Position numbers and translations under genes: made by a program. A DNA stretch of 60,231 nt, the filler included. It is 7 parts of 7 records of this genome, joined end to end, with 100 filler letters (N's around TTAATTAATTAA, not from the genome) between each part and the next. Parts side by side here need not be neighbours in the genome. Positions count along the whole stretch, not along the records: positions 49,740 to 60,231 come from SRR31156797_6453; 6 more parts are not named here. The stretch is one strand, 5' to 3'. Within the stretch, counting starts at the first letter, position 1, and each line of letters opens with the position of its first letter. The notes below the pieces were generated by a model, which saw only the letters and a program-made list of their open reading frames with translations, was not told the DNA's origin and did not search any database. Positions 50,253 through 60,231 of the stretch are shown here, in pieces.

Positions 50253-50765
50253 ATGATAGAACAACAAATCACAATCAGACAAGCATTGATCGAGGACCTT
50301 CCCGCTATGACAATGATCTATAATGAAGTCATAATGGAAGGAAAATATACTGCTGATCTGAACCAGTTCAGTGTGAAAAATCGAAAAACCTGGTTTGATG
50401 CTCATGATCAATATCCTTATCATATCTTTGTGCTGGAGATGAACCAGAAAATTATAGGCTATTTTTATTTCTCACCATGGCGGGCAGGACGTGAAGCCCT
50501 GAAGGGAGTAGCTGAAATATCTTTTTTTCTGGCAAAGGAAGCCAGGGGAAAGGGGATAGGTGATCTGATCATGGAGAGATCCATCCTTATAGCTAAAGAA
50601 CTCGGTTTTAAACATTTGCTTGCCATACTTATGGATGTGAATTTGCGTTCAGCCAATCTTCTGAAAAAGTGGGGTTTCAGGGTTGTTGGGGAAATGCCTG
50701 AGCTACTAGAATTACCGGATATGATCGCCGGGCAGCTGATCATGTTGAAGAAATTAGCGGAATAG
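50253..50765 (+). CDS. GNAT acetyltransferase (phosphinothricin/YncA-like)
   Basis: IYNEVI..TAD, ARGKGIG, NLRSANLLKKWGF. Confidence 0.85.
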   Translation: MIEQQITIRQALIEDLPAMTMIYNEVIMEGKYTADLNQFSVKNRKTWFDAHDQYPYHIFVLEMNQKIIGYFYFSPWRAGREALKGVAEISFFLAKEARGKGIGDLIMERSILIAKELGFKHLLAILMDVNLRSANLLKKWGFRVVGEMPELLELPDMIAGQLIMLKKLAE

Positions 50766-50925
50766 TGCAATATTTCAACAGTCAAATAAATACTTGTTAA
50801 ACTAAGCAAAAAATTGCATATTATTTTACGATAGAACTGATTTACAGTTATGGGTTTGAGAGAGATACAAACCAATCACATTAAATAAGTATGAATTACC
50901 CTCTAACTTAGATAAGGAGAGAAAG

Positions 50926-51537
50926 ATGAAAAAAGTACTCATTTTTTCACTGACCGTCTTGATGATGCTGGTATTAAGCGGATGCGGTGAAAGTATCATG
51001 TCTGTGGAAACTGATGTTGACGATGTTCCGGTTTTAGCAAAAGCCGGTGGCGCTGTTGATGATTATGGTTATAATTACACTGCCCGCATGTTCAACGGTT
51101 CATATTTCAATGCTTATGCAAGAGCTGCAGGCTTGCCGGCATGGGAAGGTGATGATGATGAATATTTGGCTGAAAATCCAACAGCTGTCAATCATTGGGC
51201 ATGGCCATATCGTGAAACGACCCTAATGATGAAATGGAATAATGCCTGGATGAACAAAGACAAGATCCGTCATGAAGGTTATGATACTTACATCGGCTCT
51301 GGTGCCTGGCTGACCAATCATCAATCTGGTGGCAAAGGTAAAGAGCATTGGACATATTTCACCAAGATCGTTGCAGCTCCAGCTGATGCTGTAAAAGATG
51401 CCGGTGTTTGGTACACGGCTGACGGCATAGAGATCGGTCCGGTTATTTGGGGTTCATTTGCCACGATCCAGGAAGTTGAAAGTGGATCAGGTGCTTATTA
51501 CGTAAGTCCTTATGGTCCCGGTTTCGGTAAATTCTAA
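50926..51537 (+). CDS. Hypothetical lipoprotein, Trp/Tyr-rich
   Basis: LVLSG-C lipobox; AAGGAG RBS. Confidence 0.75.
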   Translation: MKKVLIFSLTVLMMLVLSGCGESIMSVETDVDDVPVLAKAGGAVDDYGYNYTARMFNGSYFNAYARAAGLPAWEGDDDEYLAENPTAVNHWAWPYRETTLMMKWNNAWMNKDKIRHEGYDTYIGSGAWLTNHQSGGKGKEHWTYFTKIVAAPADAVKDAGVWYTADGIEIGPVIWGSFATIQEVESGSGAYYVSPYGPGFGKF

Positions 51538-51559
51538 ACAGACTGGAAAACTAATAATT

Positions 51560-51587
51560 AAGGGCGCTTCGGTGCCCTTTTTTGTTT
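51560..51587 (+). terminator. Intrinsic terminator
   Basis: AAGGGCGC-TTCG-GTGCCCTT-TTTTT. Confidence 0.85.
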
Positions 51588-51671
51588 CTATTAATTTGCA
51601 AATGTCTGATAATCAAACTAAAATATATTAAGATACTAACTATTAAATTGTCGATATGAAAGGCCGGGAAG

Positions 51672-51892
51672 ATGAAAGAAAAGCATATAGAAATTCTTGA
51701 ACCGATCATTATGTCTACGCTCATGTGTTTTTCATGTCACTTATCATGACATGGGTACACTTAGGTTTCAGTGAACACTTTATTACTGCTGTTATTAAAG
51801 CATTCTTACATGGTATTGTTGTTGCTCTGCCAGTGGGTTTATTCATTGGTCCGCTTATAAAACGTATGTTGGATAAGATTCCTAGAGATTAA
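51672..51892 (+). pseudogene. DUF2798-like small membrane protein with a 1-nt frameshift
   Basis: Adding one T to the run at 51728-51732 gives a 73-aa ORF (..MSTLMCFFMSLIMTWVHLGFSEHF..VVALPVGLFIGPLIKR..). Confidence 0.65.
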
Positions 51893-52002
51893 GAGCTGAG
51901 AAAGTGTGCGCTGAGCACTGAGAGGGAGAGCACTGCGATAAAATATCTTATTTCTTGTAGCGGTCTATATTAATTCTCACCTTCCCCGTGCCCCGTATAT
52001 TT

Positions 52003-52030
52003 CTTCACGTTTTACGTCTTACAATTTACG
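52003..52030 (+). repeat. Degenerate heptamer tandem array (TTTTACG-like x4)
   Basis: CTTCACG TTTTACG TCTTACA ATTTACG. Confidence 0.6.
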
Positions 52031-52090
52031 AATTATATTGGCTAAGTGCCGAAAACATAGTAATTTGCCTGATGAAAAATAAGGCAGAAA

Positions 52091-53167
52091 ATGATCACTG
52101 ACATATTAAATAAATCTCAACTCTCAAAAGATGATATCATCACCTTGTTGAAAACGCAGGGAGAAGATCGTCAGGAATTATTCGAATATTCGGCGAAGAC
52201 AAAAGAGACATACGTAAAAAATAAAGTATATCTTCGCGGGTTAATAGAGCTATCGAACATCTGCGCTAAGGATTGTTATTACTGTGGTATCCGCAGATCC
52301 AATTCCAAAGTCAAGCGTTATGATCTGAGTGATGAAGATGTTTTGAATGCTGCATATTATGCCTATAAACAGCGTTATGGCTCATTGGTCATTCAGTGCG
52401 GTGAATTAACGTCAAAGAAATTCACTGAAAGAATTACGCGCTTGCTGGAAGAGATCCGGAAAATGTCCAATGGTGAGATGCGTGTCACCTTATCTATGGG
52501 AGAACAAAGCAAAGAGGTTTTCAAGGAATGGCGTAAAGCCGGAGCTCATCGCTATCTTCTTAGGATTGAGGCCTCCAATAGAAAGCTGTACGAAAAACTG
52601 CACCCTAATACACTTTTGCATTCGTTTGATAGGCGTTTACAGGCTTTGAAAGATCTTCGGGAAACGGGTTTCCAGGTTGGTACAGGGGTCATGATAGCTT
52701 TACCATTCCAGACCATGGATGACCTGGCAAGTGATCTGATGTGGATGCAAGAAATTGATATCGATATGGTGGGTATGGGTCCATACCTTGAGCATCATGA
52801 TACACCGCTTTATAAATACATAGACATGCTTTTACCTAAAGAAGAGAGGTTCGATCTTTCCCTGAAGATGATCGCCATTCTCAGGATCATGATGAAGGAT
52901 ATTAATATTGCCGCATCAACAGCGATGCAGACTATCGATCCTCAGGGCAGGGAAAAAGCCATTGCTGTGGGAGCGAATGTTTTCATGCCGAATATTACAC
53001 CTTGCTATTATAGAGGTGAGTATAAGCTATATGAAGATAAACCCTGTACGGATGAAGGTCCGGAAGACTGCCAAGCCTGTGTAGAAAATCGTATTACCTC
53101 TGTCAGCAATGATGTGGCATATGGAGAACAAGGCGATTCATTGCATTACGTAAAACGTAAAACGTAA
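52091..53167 (+). CDS. hydE: [FeFe]-hydrogenase maturase HydE-like radical SAM enzyme
   Basis: RGLIELSNICAKDCYYCGIR, RYLLRIEAS, GMGPY, GANVFMPN, YKLYEDKPC. Confidence 0.85.
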   Translation: MITDILNKSQLSKDDIITLLKTQGEDRQELFEYSAKTKETYVKNKVYLRGLIELSNICAKDCYYCGIRRSNSKVKRYDLSDEDVLNAAYYAYKQRYGSLVIQCGELTSKKFTERITRLLEEIRKMSNGEMRVTLSMGEQSKEVFKEWRKAGAHRYLLRIEASNRKLYEKLHPNTLLHSFDRRLQALKDLRETGFQVGTGVMIALPFQTMDDLASDLMWMQEIDIDMVGMGPYLEHHDTPLYKYIDMLLPKEERFDLSLKMIAILRIMMKDINIAASTAMQTIDPQGREKAIAVGANVFMPNITPCYYRGEYKLYEDKPCTDEGPEDCQACVENRITSVSNDVAYGEQGDSLHYVKRKT

Positions 53168-53183
53168 GACGTGAGTAGTAAGT
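53149..53183 (-). repeat. Heptamer tandem array, inverted relative to 52003-52030
   Basis: CGTAAAA CGTAAAA CGTAAGA CGTGAGT AGTAAGT. Confidence 0.6.
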
Positions 53184-53295
53184 AGGTAGATATATGTTAA
53201 AGTCGTGAGTTTCGCGGCTTTTTTGATATTATTTATTAACTATTTCGTTGTCAGTGTGTCATCACAGTGTTGAAGATTATTAACATGGAGAAATT

Positions 53296-54096
53296 ATGAA
53301 ACGAATTATGATCCTGATGAGCGCATTGATCCTGTTAGTTGGATGTGCCAGCCTTCCCGTTATTATGAGTAATGATATTAATGATGAACAAACGGCAGCA
53401 AAATACTATTTTGATGTTGACAGTAATATTGCTTATAAGATCGAACATGATGATGAATATCTATATCTTCATTTAAAAACAGATGACCAGACAGCCATCA
53501 AAAAGATCATGATGCAGGGTCTTTTCATCTATTTTGATGAAAAAGGCGGTAAAAGTAAAAAAGTTTATTACAATTATCCTACAAAACCTGCTCGTGGACA
53601 AGGACAGATGTCACCTGATATGATGAAGCAACAAATCGGCGGTCAACAGGAAAGTTTTAAAAGAGAATTTGACGTAAACCGCTTTTTTGATCTTTTATCG
53701 ATGGAGGCCATTTATTCAAAAAACGATATGGCTGAGAAGATCCCGGTATTTTCCAGTGCAACTGAATTTCAAGTTGAATTGACAGCTCCGAATCAAAATA
53801 TTCTTGAGTATGCCCTGCGTATTCCTTTAAATGAAGTATGTGACAATGATGTTGATGAACTGTCTATTGGCATCATGACGGGAGAATTTGAAATGCCTTC
53901 CAGAAGTGGTGGCGGCGGCGGTCAAGGAGGTCCCGGTGGTGGTGGCCAAGGAGGCGGCATGGGTGGTGGAAGATCCGGCGGTGGTCCAGGTGGTAGCCAG
54001 GGTGGAGGAATGCAAGGAAGTGGCATGGATAGGGAAGCCATGACCGAGCAGCTATCAGTATGGTTCAAAGTATCACTGAAGGGTGAAGCAGAATAA
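53296..54096 (+). CDS. Hypothetical lipoprotein with Gly-rich low-complexity segment
   Basis: LLVG-C lipobox; GGGQGGPGGG tract before the terminal WFKVSL strand. Confidence 0.75.
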   Translation: MKRIMILMSALILLVGCASLPVIMSNDINDEQTAAKYYFDVDSNIAYKIEHDDEYLYLHLKTDDQTAIKKIMMQGLFIYFDEKGGKSKKVYYNYPTKPARGQGQMSPDMMKQQIGGQQESFKREFDVNRFFDLLSMEAIYSKNDMAEKIPVFSSATEFQVELTAPNQNILEYALRIPLNEVCDNDVDELSIGIMTGEFEMPSRSGGGGGQGGPGGGGQGGGMGGGRSGGGPGGSQGGGMQGSGMDREAMTEQLSVWFKVSLKGEAE

Positions 54097-54154
54097 TACT
54101 TTCAATTTTATTTGAAAAATCGTATGCTATGATGAATATGAATAGAGGTATAAA

Positions 54155-54379
54155 ATGAGAATAGGAAAAATCATATTACATTTTTGTGTTGTTTTCGCCA
54201 TTGCTTTTTTGTCAACGGCGGTAGTAACAGCTTTATATGGGCGTATTTTTCATGGAGCTTGCGGAGTAAGCTGGGAAAATGCGATCATTTTCGGCTTAAT
54301 ATTCGGGATTGTCCTTACTTGGCAGGAAGCTAGACGTCTTGATCGTGATGAAGACGAAGAAGATAATCCTTACGATTAA
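54155..54379 (+). CDS. Small two-TM membrane protein
   Basis: GAGG RBS, two hydrophobic helices, acidic tail. Confidence 0.65.
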   Translation: MRIGKIILHFCVVFAIAFLSTAVVTALYGRIFHGACGVSWENAIIFGLIFGIVLTWQEARRLDRDEDEEDNPYD

Positions 54380-54399
54380 TCAATATATTAAAATAGAGC

Positions 54400-54442
54400 A
54401 ATAAAGCAAGAAAGGGAATAATTTCCCTTTCTTTTGCTTTAT
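54400..54442. terminator. Bidirectional terminator hairpin
   Basis: ATAAAGCAAGAAAGGGAA / TTCCCTTTCTTTTGCTTTAT between convergent genes. Confidence 0.7.
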
Positions 54443-54486
54443 AAAGCTTATTCTTAAAATGTTAAACGATCATGTTATTACGATCG

Positions 54487-54774
54487 TTATTCACCTAAAA
54501 ATGATTTGATCATATCAACTACTTTGTCTTCATCAACGATGCTGTAGTAGATATACGTACCTTTACGTTTCTTGGTTACGATACCGGCATAACGGATCTT
54601 AGTCAAATGCTGAGATACCGTCGCTGTCGGAACTTCGATGCAAGTTTCCAGATTGTTTACGTTTGTCGGGCCATTCTTGATCAAACCTCTCAGGATCGCT
54701 AATCTGATAGGATGTGCGATGGCCTTGAGAATTTCTGCTTTCCGCTGCAGGTAGTTATAGTCGCTTTTGCTCAT
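54487..54774 (-). CDS. ArsR/SmtB family regulator
   Basis: LKAIAHPIRLAIL, TVSQHLTKIR..RKGTYIYY. Confidence 0.9.
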   Translation of the reverse strand: MSKSDYNYLQRKAEILKAIAHPIRLAILRGLIKNGPTNVNNLETCIEVPTATVSQHLTKIRYAGIVTKKRKGTYIYYSIVDEDKVVDMIKSFLGE

Positions 54775-54954
54775 GACATTCTCCCTTCCTGTTATGAATT
54801 ACTATAAAATATAAGCTATATCCATCTATAATCATCATTAATATTGTGTTAAGAAATAATTAAGGAATAATATGTGATAGAATGGATAATGATTGTTTAA
54901 TTGTTTTTGTTTTATTAAAAAATAATAAAGAGAAAAAAAGTATGAAAAAATTAC

Positions 54955-54983
54955 TTGCCAAGAGAAACAAATGTAATTAAATT
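54955..54983 (+). promoter_or_regulatory. Candidate sigma70 promoter for the TonB-dependent receptor operon
   Basis: TTGCCA-17 bp-TAAATT; AT-rich context lowers specificity. Confidence 0.4.
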
Positions 54984-55157
54984 TGTATGACATATTATAA
55001 ATAGTGTGCATTTTTACGGAGAGCTTGATATGAAAATCATATCAGAGCAATAGTAGATTCCGTATCATGTGTTGATATAAGAATTGGTAACGCCGATCCA
55101 TTATCCATTGAATACTAAGCAATACTGAGGCAATGACCTATATCGGGAGGTAAGTGA

Positions 55158-58082
55158 ATGAGGAAAAGATTAATCCTTTTAACAGTAGTTATTTGTTTGT
55201 TTGGCACAAATTTATTTGCCGGCAATACAGGAAAGATCAGCGGAAAGATACTTGATGCTGCCAATGGCGAACCCTTGCCTGGTTCAAATGTGATCATTTC
55301 ACATCGCTGGATCAATGGTGAAGAAGTTCCTGTAAGTACACCTCAGGGAGCCGCAACAGATGCTGACGGCGTATACTATATATTAAATGTAGAACCGGGT
55401 GAATATAGTGTTACGGTAACTTATATAGGTTACAGCACGTACAGAAAGACAAATATCAAGGTTTATGTTGATAAAACGGTTTATTTGGATATTCCGCTTG
55501 AAGCACAAGCCATTCAAGGTGAAAATGTCACGGTCGTTGCTTTTAAAGAGAACGCTGTTGAAGTTGATCTTACTGCAACGAAACAAGTATATAATATGAG
55601 TGAAGTCACAGATATGGCCGGAGTTTCGGATATTTCCGATATTCTGAACATGCAGGCTGATGTTGTAGACGACCACTTTCGCGGTGGTCGTTTAGGTGAA
55701 TCGCAATATATTCTTGGTGGTGGCGCCATTGTTAATCCATTGAATAACTCGCGGGCATTCAAACCCATGGTCAATGGATTGGAGCAAGTTGAAGTTTATA
55801 CCAGTGGTTTCAGCGCAGAATATGGTAATGCTCAGTCCGGTGTGGTCAATATGGTTGCTAAAGAAGGCCAGGATGTGTGGGAAACACAGATCGAGATCTC
55901 CGGAACAGCACCTTATTATAAGACATGGCTGGAAGTCGATGATGGGGAAGGTGGATACGACTATATTGGCGGAAGTCCTTATGATGAACGTGCAGTCGAT
56001 CATTATGCTTTATTGAGTGATGACGACGAATGGCTAAAAGAAAACCCCACTCAACCGGGTAGAATGCTTTATGACCCCGGTTACAGTTTCGGTACGACCT
56101 ATTTGGTACAAAGGGTTACCTGGCCACCAAATCCCCTGACTTATGCCGATTCAATTCAGGTTGCCCGTCTGGGTTTGGCTGAATGGTATCAGGCAGCACG
56201 ACGTGTTGGGTTGGAATATGGCGATAAAAGTGATTATAGAGTCAGTTTCAGTACCGGAGGTCCATTGGCGGAAAACTTGAAGATGTTCGTGGCTTTACGC
56301 CAGGAAGTAACTCAAGCTGTTATTCCTACCACTCAGCCCGATATGAACCGCCAGGTGGTATCTTCATTGGTATATGAACCGACAAGCAACAATAAATTCA
56401 AATTGACAATGACCTTGGATAATACTTTTGAGAATTACTTCAATTCATCATGGCGTTATTGGTTATTTGATCCCACACTGAGTGGAAGCCGCAGAAATTA
56501 TAGCAATGCACAATATGGCGGAAACTGGACTCATGTGGTTTCACCGGCAACTTATATGGATCTTAAATTGAATTTCTTACAAACGGAATTCACCGAAACT
56601 ATAGATCTTATTGCCGATGGGGAATATACTAGCATTTATCGTGCAATGTCATCCTGGACAGATTATACATCTCCGGCAAATATGAGAACAGGTTATATAT
56701 ATAATGACCCGAAAGATGAAAAAACGCAGACCTATCAGTTGAATTACAGTATTAATTCACAGATCGATAATAACAACTTGTTGAAATCGGGAATTCAATT
56801 TTCTTATTATAATGTAGAGGTTAATAATCAGCTGGATATTAATAGTGATGCTGATGTTACCATCTTGGATTTTACGGCAAACCCATATGAGGGAGCTATA
56901 TATATTCAGGATAAAATGGAGTTTGAAGGCCTGATCGCAAACATCGGTCTTCGTGGTGATTTTTATCAATTGAATACTCATTATTTCTCCGATATATATT
57001 CTCCTTTGAGAAACCCAAATTATGATCCCAGTTTACCATACCTGGAAAGAGGACCTTATTATTCATTAGATTCTGCAGAAACAGAATTTACCAGTACATA
57101 TTTTCATCTTCAACCCAGGATCGGAATATCATTCCCGGTATCAGATCAAATGGTTTTTCATTTGAATTACGGTACCTTCTCACAGCGACCTAATTTCAAT
57201 CAATTGTTTTACAATGAAATTAATGTTAATGAAGAAGTTAAAGTGCTTGGTAATCCTCGCTTGAAACCTGAAGAAACGAATTCATATGATATCGGTATTG
57301 TAACGGGTCTGCCCTCAATTGGTATGTCACTGGATGTCAGTGCTTATTATAAAGATGTTAAGAACCTTGTTCAGACCGCTTATTACTATGATGAACAGCA
57401 ATCGGTCTATCAAACCTATATCAATCGTGATTATGCTGATATCAAGGGATTTCATATCAGTTTGGAACGCAATACGGGTCAGCTGAGAGGCTATGTCCGC
57501 TATAACTATGAAAGCGCAACGGGTAAGAGTTCAAACGATTTGAATGCTCCTGTAACTTTCTTTGAAGTTGCGGATCCGACCTATGGATACGTTGAATTGC
57601 CTGATCCTGAAGATGTATTTCTTGATTACGACAGAACACACAAATTGGTTTTAAACCTTCGATATAGCACTCCCAAGGATCTTGGCTTTTATATGATGGG
57701 CGGTTATCCTTTGGGCGGTATCTCCTTGAGTGCCACATATAAGTATTATTCAGGTCGTCCCTTTACAGATCCCAGTCAGGGTATCTTGTTTGGAGAAAGA
57801 ACTCCGAACGAATCTGAATTACGTTTGAAGCTTCAAAAACGCGTCAAGGTCAATAATGACGTTGATATGGTAATATATCTTGAAGGCTATAATGTTCTGA
57901 ACACCATCAAATGGAGTTACAGCAGAACATTTGATAACGATTATAACACGACCCGCTGGTTCACCGATCAAGATGAGATCCTGACTTATAAGGAATACGC
58001 ACCTTATTATACAAGTCAGGAAGTGTATATGCTTGACAACGAACCTCGCCACTGGCGTTTTGGCATAAAATTCAATTTCTGA
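55158..58082 (+). CDS. TonB-dependent receptor with N-terminal carboxypeptidase-like domain
   Basis: GKISGKILD..GEPLPG, FRGGR, GFSAEYGNAQSGVVN plug, GNPRLKPE, terminal GIKFNF. Confidence 0.92.
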   Translation: MRKRLILLTVVICLFGTNLFAGNTGKISGKILDAANGEPLPGSNVIISHRWINGEEVPVSTPQGAATDADGVYYILNVEPGEYSVTVTYIGYSTYRKTNIKVYVDKTVYLDIPLEAQAIQGENVTVVAFKENAVEVDLTATKQVYNMSEVTDMAGVSDISDILNMQADVVDDHFRGGRLGESQYILGGGAIVNPLNNSRAFKPMVNGLEQVEVYTSGFSAEYGNAQSGVVNMVAKEGQDVWETQIEISGTAPYYKTWLEVDDGEGGYDYIGGSPYDERAVDHYALLSDDDEWLKENPTQPGRMLYDPGYSFGTTYLVQRVTWPPNPLTYADSIQVARLGLAEWYQAARRVGLEYGDKSDYRVSFSTGGPLAENLKMFVALRQEVTQAVIPTTQPDMNRQVVSSLVYEPTSNNKFKLTMTLDNTFENYFNSSWRYWLFDPTLSGSRRNYSNAQYGGNWTHVVSPATYMDLKLNFLQTEFTETIDLIADGEYTSIYRAMSSWTDYTSPANMRTGYIYNDPKDEKTQTYQLNYSINSQIDNNNLLKSGIQFSYYNVEVNNQLDINSDADVTILDFTANPYEGAIYIQDKMEFEGLIANIGLRGDFYQLNTHYFSDIYSPLRNPNYDPSLPYLERGPYYSLDSAETEFTSTYFHLQPRIGISFPVSDQMVFHLNYGTFSQRPNFNQLFYNEINVNEEVKVLGNPRLKPEETNSYDIGIVTGLPSIGMSLDVSAYYKDVKNLVQTAYYYDEQQSVYQTYINRDYADIKGFHISLERNTGQLRGYVRYNYESATGKSSNDLNAPVTFFEVADPTYGYVELPDPEDVFLDYDRTHKLVLNLRYSTPKDLGFYMMGGYPLGGISLSATYKYYSGRPFTDPSQGILFGERTPNESELRLKLQKRVKVNNDVDMVIYLEGYNVLNTIKWSYSRTFDNDYNTTRWFTDQDEILTYKEYAPYYTSQEVYMLDNEPRHWRFGIKFNF

Positions 58083-58098
58083 GTATAGAGGAAATTAC

Positions 58099-60231
58099 AT
58101 GATAAAAAGAAATATCAAATACTTAGTGCTTTTATTAACCCTGCTTTCGGTATCCGTAAGTTATGGACAGATAAGGGAATACTTCCTGCATAATCGTGGT
58201 ATGCTGCATCAAACCGTTTTCAACACAGGAGAGATCGGTCGTGCATGGCAAACCGGTGAAGCAGGTAACAATACAACCGTTCCTTTAATGGAATGGCCGC
58301 CTTATTCAAAAACCGTTTTAGATGGTATTGAATATGACGGGCAGCACAATATTTTGGGTGCCGGTGTTTATATTGGTGCTAACAAAGACGGTGAACCGGG
58401 TGAAGCCAATCGTCTATTCGCTTTATGCGGAGGTGTCGGAGGTTCCGATCCCGAGGTTGCCATCGGTCGATGGTCTTTTCCGATCTCTTTTGAAAAGGTT
58501 GAAAACTATCCTTTGAATGAAGACGGAACCTTGAACAGTTCATATGATCCGAACGAAGCTGAAGAGATCGTTACAGCTGAATGGGCAACATCAACAGGTA
58601 TCAGTGTTACAAGAACATCACGTTCTTGGTCATATCCGGATTATGATGATCTTATCATATACGAATATGAGTTCGAGTATACCGGAGATATGGATGGTAA
58701 TCCAGCCACGATCGAGATGGATGATCTGTTAAAAGATGTTATGATCTGTTTTAACTATGGCTTTGCACCTTCCATGTACGGTTACCAAAGAACATATTTA
58801 GAATGGAAATACACAGGCGGTATCTATCGCGGTGATCAGAATAACTTCTGGGATGCCGATTACTGGCTGAGCTGGAATCTGAACCTGCGAAACAATATCA
58901 CTGAAACCTCCGGTATGGCTAATCCGGAATTGAATGCCGGTTATTTTCGTGAATTTTCCGAAACCGGAGAACATGGCGGCGGATTGAACTCACCACAGGC
59001 TCCCGGTTATTGCGTATTGTATTACGATACGACGCATCTTGCCAAGATCATTCCTACAGAACTTGATTCCATGGGACTGAATGAATCGGAAGCCCAAAGT
59101 ATTTTAAGAACATCTACATTGTTAACACTTGATGATTACGATGATATTGATATTACCGTTCCCTTGGTAAGCGGTTCATACAGATGGTATTACGAATTGG
59201 ATGAACATTTCAGAGCAAGACAGCCTTGGGTAAACAAAGTTTCTACAGGAAATACAAACAGTATCAAGATGATGTATGAAAAAGATCCTTTTAACCCATC
59301 CACCCGTTGGGCCGGCGTTTATTCTCCGGGTTCAACCACCTGGCCTGAATTGCCTAATAATGATGATCGCTGGATCGGCCGTTCGGCATATCCATACAGA
59401 CAAAGCGCCGACGCAGGTATGAAGCTTCATACATTTGGCCCTTATACCCTGGAGCCCGGTGAAAAGATCAAAATGGCCTATGCCGAAGTTGTAGGCTATT
59501 GGGCTGAAGACAATAAACGCGTTGAAGGTGGACAGGTCGTTACACAATGGGCCAGGATCCCTTCATTGCATCGCGAATACACGGTTGACGGTGAACAGAT
59601 CACAACAGACTATCTTGGTGACTACGGTTACCCGGATTATGTGAATTCTGATACGGTCAGAACTGTACATGAAGTAGCTGAAAAAGCATTCGAAGCTTAT
59701 CTGGGTGCGAAACCTTCTGTACCGGTTTGGCCCGAAGATCACCCTTCAACAGGTAATTATGAGATCCCGGCACCTGTTCCTGCTCCCGTTATTGAGATCG
59801 AGAACTATGGGCAGGCTCAGGTTAGGATGAATTGGCTACGTGCTGTTGAATCTTTTACACATCCGCGCTTGATCGGTGCTCTGGATAAATTCTATATCTG
59901 GCGCGCAGAAGCCGGTATGGGTCCATGGACATTGATCGATAGTATTGCTGTTGGTGAAAGCCTGAATCTTGATAATGAATATGAATATATTGACACCAGT
60001 CAAACCTTTAAGGTTGGTGAGACCCGCTACTATTCTGTAACATCGGTTGATGAATATGGAAACCAAAGCGGTAAAACAAATATTACTCAGTTCCAGAAAA
60101 ATATATCTCCGGTTCCAGTTCTTGGAAAAGTATATGTTGTACCGAATCCTTTTGTGCAGACATCCGGGTTTACTGGGGAAGGTGAAGACCGCCGTATTGG
60201 ATTTTACGGACTTCCCAATACCTGTACGATC
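58099..60231 (+). CDS. Large secreted protein with FN3-like domain and VVPNPF C-terminal domain, runs off the window (absent from the ORF track)
   Basis: Starts MIKRNIKYLV; HNRGMLHQTVFNTG..MEWPP; late YYSVTSVDEYGNQSG and KVYVVPNPF..IGFYGLPNTCTI in the same frame. Confidence 0.85.
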   Translation, partial: MIKRNIKYLVLLLTLLSVSVSYGQIREYFLHNRGMLHQTVFNTGEIGRAWQTGEAGNNTTVPLMEWPPYSKTVLDGIEYDGQHNILGAGVYIGANKDGEPGEANRLFALCGGVGGSDPEVAIGRWSFPISFEKVENYPLNEDGTLNSSYDPNEAEEIVTAEWATSTGISVTRTSRSWSYPDYDDLIIYEYEFEYTGDMDGNPATIEMDDLLKDVMICFNYGFAPSMYGYQRTYLEWKYTGGIYRGDQNNFWDADYWLSWNLNLRNNITETSGMANPELNAGYFREFSETGEHGGGLNSPQAPGYCVLYYDTTHLAKIIPTELDSMGLNESEAQSILRTSTLLTLDDYDDIDITVPLVSGSYRWYYELDEHFRARQPWVNKVSTGNTNSIKMMYEKDPFNPSTRWAGVYSPGSTTWPELPNNDDRWIGRSAYPYRQSADAGMKLHTFGPYTLEPGEKIKMAYAEVVGYWAEDNKRVEGGQVVTQWARIPSLHREYTVDGEQITTDYLGDYGYPDYVNSDTVRTVHEVAEKAFEAYLGAKPSVPVWPEDHPSTGNYEIPAPVPAPVIEIENYGQAQVRMNWLRAVESFTHPRLIGALDKFYIWRAEAGMGPWTLIDSIAVGESLNLDNEYEYIDTSQTFKVGETRYYSVTSVDEYGNQSGKTNITQFQKNISPVPVLGKVYVVPNPFVQTSGFTGEGEDRRIGFYGLPNTCTI

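Noticed and set aside
53905-54030. GGN-rich tandem repeat as a CRISPR or DNA repeat
   Set aside because: It encodes a Gly-rich protein tract; no repeat-spacer array was seen anywhere in the window

Overview
This window is not one genome. It is seven unrelated contigs joined by 100-nt N/TTAATTAATTAA linkers; taxon assignments are inferred from gene content and composition. (1) 1-9543, Bacteroidota-like: a cluster of five pilin-like paralogs, a chaperone-like gene and a large usher-like outer-membrane protein with two SPOR domains, behind a sigma54-type promoter; also DUF3109 and partial gpmI. (2) 9644-15960, probable Desulfobacterota: soxBDAG-type heterotetrameric amine oxidase operon with a divergent RpiR regulator. 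(3) 16061-21882, FCB/Marinimicrobia-like: pdxS end, pdxT, LiaF-like gene, secreted beta-helix protein, mnmE, partial mnmG. (4) 21983-27659, high-GC Alphaproteobacteria flagellar genes: fliN, motA, flbD, flhA, fleN, with no flhF. (5) 27760-43910, Methanosarcinaceae: tRNA-Arg, hdrCB and a nitrogen-assimilation island with two glnA, split GltB1/2/3 plus FrhB-like subunit, a second FMN GOGAT-like gene and a truncated glnA copy. (6) 44011-49639, Vibrio-like AT-rich island: orphan response regulator, J-domain protein, ToxR/ToxS-like pair, 141-bp duplication. (7) 49740-60231, FCB/Marinimicrobia-like: RAYT, hydE, ArsR, TonB-dependent receptor and a large non-SusD partner. Best novelty candidates: a hairpin RNA at 38785-38853 whose 30-nt loop is complementary to the leaders of glnA1, glnA2, the glnA fragment and the FMN-GOGAT gene, and the chaperone-usher-like pilus system in contig 1.
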